From NCBI GenBank assembly GCA_042216135.1, contig JBDGUG010000040.1, forward strand, positions 1 through 48,343: 48,343 nt of DNA, written 5' to 3'. The notes beneath the pieces were generated by a model, which was given only the letters and a program-made list of their open reading frames with translations, made no database searches and had not been told where the DNA came from. Source of the stretch: Halarchaeum sp. Its GTDB lineage: Archaea; Halobacteriota; Halobacteria; Halobacteriales; Halobacteriaceae. The position numbers and the translations under genes are program-made. Positions 42,015 through 48,343 of the stretch are shown piece by piece; the first letter of the stretch is position 1, and the number at the start of each line of letters is the position of its first letter.

Positions 42015-42733
42015 TCGCCCTGCACCCAGTAGTCCATCCCCGCTTCGGAGCCGTCCGGGACGATGTCAGTCCCGTCGTGTTCGCCGCGGAGGACGGCGTC
42101 GCTGACGTTCTCGGGGGCGGTGCCGTCGAGGACGATGGTTCGGACGCGCGAGCGCTCGATGAGTTTCGCGGCGAGCAGGTCGACGGGCGCGGAGCTCCCG
42201 GCGCTCATCTCGATGTCGGCGATGACGTCGACGAGGTCACCGGGCGTGATTCGGTCGTAGCGCGTGGCGGAATCGTCGGCCTTCGGATCGGCGCTGTAGA
42301 CGCCGGGGACGCTCGTCGCGTAGACGAGCAGGTCGGCGTTCGTGTACTCGGCGAGCGCCGCGCTCACCGCGTCGGTCGTCTGGCCGGCGGTGACGCCGCC
42401 CATGATGGCGACGTCGCCGCGGCGCATCGCCTCGCCGGCCTCCTCGTAGTCCTCGGCGGGGCTGGGCGCGGCGTCGTCGCCGAGCGCGGCGATGAGAAGC
42501 TGGGCGTTCAGGCGGGTGACGGAGATGCCGATGTCGTCGAGTTCCACCTCGTTCGCGCCGAGCTTTCGCGCGGTCTTGATGTAGTTCCGGGCGACTCCGC
42601 CACCGCCGACGACCGCGCCGACGGAGCAGCCCTCGTCGACGAGGTGGTCGATGACGTCGGCGTAGCGTTCGACTCGCTCGTGCGCGAGATCGGGCGCGAG
42701 AACGCTCCCGCCGACGGAGACGACGACTCTCAT
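42011..42733 (-). CDS. pyrH: UMP kinase
   Basis: SVGGSV, VVGGG..AR, G...GQTTD, V.GVY..DP. Confidence 0.95.
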   Translation of the reverse strand: MRVVVSVGGSVLAPDLAHERVERYADVIDHLVDEGCSVGAVVGGGGVARNYIKTARKLGANEVELDDIGISVTRLNAQLLIAALGDDAAPSPAEDYEEAGEAMRRGDVAIMGGVTAGQTTDAVSAALAEYTNADLLVYATSVPGVYSADPKADDSATRYDRITPGDLVDVIADIEMSAGSSAPVDLLAAKLIERSRVRTIVLDGTAPENVSDAVLRGEHDGTDIVPDGSEAGMDYWVQGE

Positions 42734-42819
42734 ATTGTCGCGCAGTAGCTCTGTCGCGGCCTTAAGGGTTGTCAAGCGCCGTCGAAACAGCAAAGCGACG
42801 CCCGCTCGTTCGTCGGGGC

Positions 42820-43602
42820 GTGTACGTACTCGACGTCGCGACGCCCGCCGACGGCGACCCGACGCCCGTCGTCGAGCGGTTGACCGACACGTTCGCGGAG
42901 ACGGGCGCCGTCGCGGTGGTTCGCCGCGCCGACGTGGACGCGCCGACGCACACGACGGTCCGTCTCGGGCCGTCGGGCCGACACGTCGCGGACGAGAGCG
43001 CGTCGCTGTCGGCGACGTTGGACGACCTCGCGCGCTCGCACGAGTACGCGGTGACGGTCGGGTTCGCGGACGCCGCGCTCCCGCGACTCGCGGTCGGGGA
43101 CGCCGCCGCGGACGACCCGCTCGTTCGGGTCGACTCGCCCGCGGCGCTCGATCCGGACGCGGTCCTCGACGCGCTCCACGGGACGGACCCGCACGAGTCG
43201 CTGGGGTCTCTCGTGGCGGCGTCGAAGCGGGCGGCGGGCGCGGAGTTCGCGGGCGCCATCGCGACGTTCACGGGCCGCGTTCGCGCGCGGGAGGACGAGG
43301 ACGACGAGCGGACGGAGGCGCTCCGCTTCGAGAAGTACGACGGGGTGGCGGACGAGCGTCTCGCGACCATCGAGGCGGAACTGGGGGCGCGCGACGGCGT
43401 CCAGGACGTCCGCCTCTACCACCGAACGGGCCGGATCGAGGCGGGGGAGGACATCGTCTTCGCGGTAGTGCTCGCCGGCCACCGCGGGGCGGCGTTCCGC
43501 ACCGTCTCGGACGGCATCGACCGCCTGAAGGACGAGGTGCCGCTGTTCAAGAAGGAGGTCACGGTTTCGGACTCGTTCTGGCGTCACGAGCGCGACGTCT
43601 GA
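42820..43602 (+). CDS. moaE: Molybdopterin synthase catalytic subunit (degenerate MobB-like N-terminus plus MoaE)
   Basis: GAIATFTGRVR, HRTG, GHR..AF, LKDEVP.FKKE. Confidence 0.9.
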   Translation: MYVLDVATPADGDPTPVVERLTDTFAETGAVAVVRRADVDAPTHTTVRLGPSGRHVADESASLSATLDDLARSHEYAVTVGFADAALPRLAVGDAAADDPLVRVDSPAALDPDAVLDALHGTDPHESLGSLVAASKRAAGAEFAGAIATFTGRVRAREDEDDERTEALRFEKYDGVADERLATIEAELGARDGVQDVRLYHRTGRIEAGEDIVFAVVLAGHRGAAFRTVSDGIDRLKDEVPLFKKEVTVSDSFWRHERDV

Positions 43603-43748
43603 CGCGCGCCCGACGATTCTCGGCGCAGTCTGCCGCCGACACCCCGAAAATCCGTGCTACCGAATACCACGACGCCCGGGGCTATTGGTGGGACGAAACC
43701 ACGGCCTCAAATACGCCGATAAAACGTCTAAAAGAATCTCGGAGGTTC

Positions 43749-43781
43749 GTGAACGGTCCATGAACGGTCCGTGAACCGTCG
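43749..43781 (+). repeat. Three tandem 11-bp repeats (RTGAACSGTCS)
   Basis: GTGAACGGTCC ATGAACGGTCC GTGAACCGTCG, about 45 nt upstream of a CTTATA box. Confidence 0.75.
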
Positions 43782-43858
43782 CATCGGGTCGAATCGGCGC
43801 GAAACCGCCCTAGCGTTCCTTCCCTTATACGTCCGATCGGACACAAGGGAGAGTTGCC

Positions 43859-44107
43859 ATGAGCGCGACTGCCCAGCCCTCCACGGACGACGCGCCCGAC
43901 AAGGAGTCCCGTCTCCGCACCTACCTGCGCGAGAAGGCCGCCGACGGCGAGCTCTACTTCAAGAGCAAGTTCATCGCCGACGAAGTCGGCCTCTCCGCGA
44001 AGGAAATCGGTGCCCTGATGGTGAAACTCAGCGACACCGCCGAGGACCTCACCATCGAGAAGTGGTCGTACACCTCCGCGACCACGTGGCGCGTCCAGTC
44101 CGCCTGA
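43859..44107 (+). CDS. Small haloarchaeal winged-helix protein (DUF7123-like)
   Basis: YFKSKFIADEVGLS.KEIG...IEKWSY..ATTWRV. Confidence 0.8.
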   Translation: MSATAQPSTDDAPDKESRLRTYLREKAADGELYFKSKFIADEVGLSAKEIGALMVKLSDTAEDLTIEKWSYTSATTWRVQSA

Positions 44108-44266
44108 TCGCGTCTCGACCACCCTGATTCGGTCCTCACGACGCCCGACGACCCCGTCGCGGCGTTCGCCCCCTGCACGCGGCCGACCCGCACTCGGTCG
44201 GCCGCCCCCCTCGTTCCTCGCCCGTCCGTCTCTGGATTTAACTGCGCGCGCCACGTAGCCACGGTC

Positions 44267-45373
44267 ATGCCAGCGGACCCGACCGACGGCGTCTCCGCGC
44301 CCGCACCCAGCGCGCTCTCGTCGGTCTTCTACGTCTACGACGTCGAACGCGAGGGCGAGCGCGTCGTCTACTACGGCGACCCGCTCGTCGACCGGCACGC
44401 CCTCCTCCGGACCGCGCTCCCGCTCTTCGACGCGCGCGGCTACGACCTCAGCGTCGAATCCCGGCCGGGAGAGACGGTGCTCGTCGCCGAACCGGACGCG
44501 GACGAGCCGTCCGGGTTCCCGTGGACGAACGCCGTGCTCGCCGCCCTCACCGTCCTCACGACGCTCTACGCGGGCACGCAGTGGTATCACGTCGAGACCC
44601 TGCTCTCGCTCGACCTCTTGCGCGCGCTCCCGTTCGTCGCCGCCGTCATGGGCGTCCTCGGCGTCCACGAACTCGGCCACTACGCGATGAGCCGCTACCA
44701 CGACGTCGACGCCAGCCTCCCATACTTCATCCCGCTCCCGTTCTCCCCTATCGGCACCCTCGGCGCCGTCATCCGGATGAACGGCGTGATGCCCGACCGG
44801 GAGGCGCTCTTCGACATCGGCATCGCCGGCCCCGTCGCCGGCCTCGTCGCCACCATCGTCGTCACCGCCATCGGCCTCCTCCTCCCGCCCATCCCCGCGC
44901 CGCCCATCCCCGAGGGCGCCGTCAGCATCGGCTTCGGGAACCCGCCGCTCCTCCGCCTCCTCGCGTGGCTCCTCGGCCAACCCCTCGAGTACGGCGCCGG
45001 CCTCGCCATCAACCCCGTCGTCTTCGGCGGCTGGGTCGGGATGTTCGTCACCTTCCTCAACCTCCTCCCGGTCGGCCAACTCGACGGCGGCCACGTCATG
45101 CGCGCCGTCTTCGGCCCCGCCTACGAGCGCGTCGCGCCGCTCGTCCCCGCCGCGCTCTTCGCGCTCGCAGCGTACGTCTACTTCGCGCTCGACGCGCCGA
45201 ACGCCGCCACCGTCTGGGTGATGTGGGGATTCATCACGTCCGTCTTCGTCGTCCTCGGAACCGTCACCCCGCTCAGCGACGAACCGATCGACACGAAGCG
45301 CGTCGCCCTCGCCGCCGTCACGCTCGTCCTCGGCCTCCTCTGCTTCATGCCCGTCCCCATCTACATCGTCTGA
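44267..45373 (+). CDS. Site-2 protease (peptidase M50)
   Basis: HELGH, AGP, NLLPVGQLDGGH; multiple TM helices. Confidence 0.93.
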   Translation: MPADPTDGVSAPAPSALSSVFYVYDVEREGERVVYYGDPLVDRHALLRTALPLFDARGYDLSVESRPGETVLVAEPDADEPSGFPWTNAVLAALTVLTTLYAGTQWYHVETLLSLDLLRALPFVAAVMGVLGVHELGHYAMSRYHDVDASLPYFIPLPFSPIGTLGAVIRMNGVMPDREALFDIGIAGPVAGLVATIVVTAIGLLLPPIPAPPIPEGAVSIGFGNPPLLRLLAWLLGQPLEYGAGLAINPVVFGGWVGMFVTFLNLLPVGQLDGGHVMRAVFGPAYERVAPLVPAALFALAAYVYFALDAPNAATVWVMWGFITSVFVVLGTVTPLSDEPIDTKRVALAAVTLVLGLLCFMPVPIYIV

Positions 45374-45418
45374 CCGGCCGCCGCCCCGGACCCGGCGTTT
45401 CGCGCCCGCTCGCCGTCC

Positions 45419-46273
45419 TCAGTGCGTGTATCCGACGTCCGGGAGCGCCTCGCCGTCCATCCTCACGCCCCCCTCTGTCACGTCCCCGACGACGGTCAGC
45501 GGCACGTCCATCGCCGCGCGCGCGTCGTCCACCGCGTCCGCCGGGAGCGTGCAGACGAGTTCGAAGTCCTCGCCGAACGTCACCGCGCGCTCGCGCCGAC
45601 CCGGCCCCGCGAGCGCGTCGTGGATCGGCACCGAATCGCCCGATATCGCGAACCCGACGTCGGACGCCTCGGCGAGCTGGTGGAGCGAGCGCGCGAGGCC
45701 GTCGCTCGAATCCATCATCGCGCCCGCCCGCCAGCGAAGCGCCCGTCCCGCCCGCACTCGCGGCGTGAACCGGAACAGCCCGTTCGCGCGCGCCACGTCG
45801 CCCGCGTCGAAGGCGTCCATCGCGGCCGCGCTCCGCCCGAGCGCGCCCGTCACCGCGACGACCTCACCCGGCGTCGCGCCCGAGCGCCGGACCGGAGACG
45901 GCGTCTCCCCGAGCGCCGTCGTCGCCACCGTGAACTCGTCGTGGTCGTCCAGGTCGCCGCCCACGTACTCCGTCCCGACCGCCTCGCAGACGTCCAGCGC
46001 GCCCCGCACGAACTCGCGCAGCGCGTCGTCCTCGAACGTCGGCGCCGCGTAGACGCCGAGCGCGCCCGTCGCGTCCGCGCCCATCGCCGCGACGTCCGAG
46101 AGCGACGCCCCGACCGCACGCCACCCCGCCGTGTAGCGCGTCGTCCCCGGCGGGAAGTCCGTCGTCTCGTGGAGCATGTCGATGCTCACGACCGTCTCCC
46201 CGAGCACCGCGGCGTCGTCGCCCGCCCGCTCGACCAGTCCGCCGACGAGCCCGAGCGCCGCGCGTTCGTCCAT
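45419..46273 (-). CDS. thiL: Thiamine-monophosphate kinase
   Basis: GDDAA, SLSDVAAMG, GGD, MDSSDGL, GEDFEL. Confidence 0.93.
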   Translation of the reverse strand: MDERAALGLVGGLVERAGDDAAVLGETVVSIDMLHETTDFPPGTTRYTAGWRAVGASLSDVAAMGADATGALGVYAAPTFEDDALREFVRGALDVCEAVGTEYVGGDLDDHDEFTVATTALGETPSPVRRSGATPGEVVAVTGALGRSAAAMDAFDAGDVARANGLFRFTPRVRAGRALRWRAGAMMDSSDGLARSLHQLAEASDVGFAISGDSVPIHDALAGPGRRERAVTFGEDFELVCTLPADAVDDARAAMDVPLTVVGDVTEGGVRMDGEALPDVGYTH

Positions 46274-46448
46274 GCGCTCCGGATCGAACGCGCGCGCCAA
46301 AAACGCCACCGTTCCGCCCGCCGCGTCCGGCCGCCCGCTCGCCCAGCGTCCGGTCCACAGCCTGCCCGACCCGCCGGTCCCCCGCGTCCCGACGCGGCGC
46401 GGCGGCGCCTTCGGTGGTTTTACGCGCACGCCCGCCGTCACACCCGCC

Positions 46449-47474
46449 GTGGACTTCGACTCACGGGCCATCGCCGCCGGCTTCGTCGCCACGTTCGCCG
46501 TGCTCGCCGCCCTCCTCTGGTTCGTCGGCGTCGGCGAGATCGTCGCCGTCCTCGCCGCGCTCTCCCCGCTCGCCGTCGTCGCCGTCCTCGCCGGCGGCGT
46601 CGTCTGGCTCTTCTCGTGGGGGCTCGCCCTCCGCCGCGTCCTCGACGCCCTCGGCGTCGAAGCCAGCCCGTGGGACGCCTTCCTCCTCTACGCCGCCGCC
46701 GCGTTCGCGAACAACATCACGCCGTTCGGGCAGGCCGGCGGCGAACCGTTCAGCGCCCTCCTCATCTCGCGCGCCACTGACAGCGAGTACGAGCAGGGCC
46801 TCGCCGCCATCGCCAGCCTCGACACCCTCAACTTCGTCCCGTCCATCGTCCTCGCGCTCGTCGGCCTCAGCTACTACGCCGCGCGCTTCGCCGCCGGCGA
46901 CAGCGTCCTCCTCGTCCTCGCCGTCGTCGTCGCCCTCGCCGTCGCCGTCCCCACGGTCGGCTACGTCGGCTGGCGCCACCGCGACGGCATCGAGGCCCGC
47001 CTCGCTCGCGTCGTCCACCCCGCGTGGGCCGCGCTCGGCCGCCGCCTCCCCATGCTCTCCGCGCCCTCCAGCGACACCGTCCGGCGCCGCATCGACGGCT
47101 TCTTCCGCGGCATCGAACGCGTCGCCACCAGCCGCCGCGACCTCGCGCTCGCGCTCGCATACTCCACCATCGGCTGGCTCTGCATGTGCCTCGTCCTCTA
47201 CCTCTCCCTCTGGGCGCTCACCCCGATGACCGACGTCAACGCCGCCGTCGTCTTCGTCATCGTCCCCGTCGCCTCCATCGCCAGCATCACCCCCCTCCCC
47301 GGCGGCGCCGGCGGCGTCGAAGCCGTCCTCGTCCTCCTCCTCGTCCCCACCACCGGCATCACCGCGGCCACCGCCACCTCCGCCGCGCTCGTCCACCGCG
47401 GCGCGCTCTACTGGTCGCCCACCGTCATCGGCGGCGTCGCCGCCGCCTGGCTCGAAGCCCGCGCGCGGCGCTAA
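46449..47474 (+). CDS. Lysylphosphatidylglycerol synthase TM-domain / flippase-like membrane protein
   Basis: NNITPFGQAGGEP, PLPGGAGGVE, ALVHR; multiple TM helices. Confidence 0.85.
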   Translation: MDFDSRAIAAGFVATFAVLAALLWFVGVGEIVAVLAALSPLAVVAVLAGGVVWLFSWGLALRRVLDALGVEASPWDAFLLYAAAAFANNITPFGQAGGEPFSALLISRATDSEYEQGLAAIASLDTLNFVPSIVLALVGLSYYAARFAAGDSVLLVLAVVVALAVAVPTVGYVGWRHRDGIEARLARVVHPAWAALGRRLPMLSAPSSDTVRRRIDGFFRGIERVATSRRDLALALAYSTIGWLCMCLVLYLSLWALTPMTDVNAAVVFVIVPVASIASITPLPGGAGGVEAVLVLLLVPTTGITAATATSAALVHRGALYWSPTVIGGVAAAWLEARARR

Positions 47475-47512
47475 CGATGGGTTTAACCCTCGCCGCCGAG
47501 CAATTGGACCTA

Positions 47513-47968
47513 ATGGCAACCCTCTACGATGCCCCGACGGACGAGCTCCTCGACGAGCTCACCGCCGAGTTCGACGACCGACTCGACGCCCCCGCGTGGG
47601 CCGAGTTCGCCAAGACGGGCCACGACCGCGAGATGCCCCCCCAGCAGGACGACTTCTGGGCGCGCCGCGCCGCCAGCATCCTCCGCAAGATCGCCGTCGA
47701 CGGCCCCGTCGGCGTCGAACGCCTCAGCACCGAATACGGCTCCCTCACCAAGGGCTCCACGCGCTACCGCGTCAGCCCCTCCGAGAAGACCGACGGCTCC
47801 AAGAACGTCATCCGCACCATCATCCAGCAGCTCGAAGACGAAGGCCTCCTCGAGCAGCAGGGCACCAACGGCCGCACCGTCAGCGCCGAGGGCCGCAGCC
47901 TCCTCGACGAGACGGCCGGCGACGTCCTCGAACGCCTCGACCGCCCCGACCTCGAACGCTACGCCTGA
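47513..47968 (+). CDS. rps19e: 30S ribosomal protein S19e
   Basis: PAWAEFAKTG...E.PP....W..RAASILRK, GVERL...YG, GS..IR...QQLE. Confidence 0.97.
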   Translation: MATLYDAPTDELLDELTAEFDDRLDAPAWAEFAKTGHDREMPPQQDDFWARRAASILRKIAVDGPVGVERLSTEYGSLTKGSTRYRVSPSEKTDGSKNVIRTIIQQLEDEGLLEQQGTNGRTVSAEGRSLLDETAGDVLERLDRPDLERYA

Positions 47969-47971
47969 ACC

Positions 47972-48126
47972 ACGACCTTTTGCTGTGCCCCGGCTTCGCC
48001 GGGGCACAGCAAAAGCTCGACCAAACTGTCCGTCGAACCCCCACCGGGGGTGCTCGGACCTCGCGCCGAAGGCGCGAGTGAACCGCGCACCTTCCGGGGT
48101 CTGACGACCCGCTCGGTGCGCGGACG
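47972..48126 (-). repeat. Dispersed structured repeat, copy D
   Basis: Perfect 18-bp stem CTTTTGCTGTGCCCCGGC-TTC-GCCGGGGCACAGCAAAAG; reverse complement contains CGTCCGCGCACCGAGCGG and GGTTCACTCGCGCC TTC GGCGCGAG. Confidence 0.85.
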
Positions 48127-48343
48127 ATAGCGTCCTGACCGCTCCCGACGCGAGGCCTCGTCAGCCCGCGTGCGTCGGCCCGCCACGCGCGGTGCGTGTG
48201 CGGCACCCCGCTCGTAGAGGGAGTTCGCGTTTTCACCATTACCGTTCTCGGGTTCGCGAGCCCCCGGCTTGCGGGATTTTGGTGAAGCGTACGTGTTTAC
48301 CCCGAGGACGCAACAGTGGGCACAGCCTGAGCTCGTGAGATCA

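Overview
Very GC-rich haloarchaeal chromosome segment (acidic proteins, class I LysRS, aRF1, thermosome, TiaS, rpS19e; Halobacteriaceae-like). It is mostly core housekeeping genes: hisH, trm1, glnA-lrp, thsB, tRNA-Ser(GGA), ridA, ilvA, citZ, tiaS, prf1, argS, taw1, ribK-ribB, ilvE, lysS, pyrH, moaE, thiL and rps19e, with small accessory islets between them. No transposase, integrase, CRISPR array or defence gene is recognisable. The most notable unexplained signal is a family of four dispersed ~155-170 bp non-coding elements (7672-7826, 21639-21796, 39965-40133, 47972-48126). They share short fixed motifs and stems with compensatory base changes, and three of them abut a stop codon in the same orientation. 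This suggests a REP/PATE-like hairpin mobile element or a structured RNA. Other observations: a head-to-head fusion of two 5'-truncated genes at an 18-nt stretch read as protein on both strands, an in-frame hairpin insertion in a CDS, an internally deleted metallo-beta-lactamase, a frameshifted histidine kinase and several candidate operators. All family assignments are from motif recognition by eye; no searches were run.
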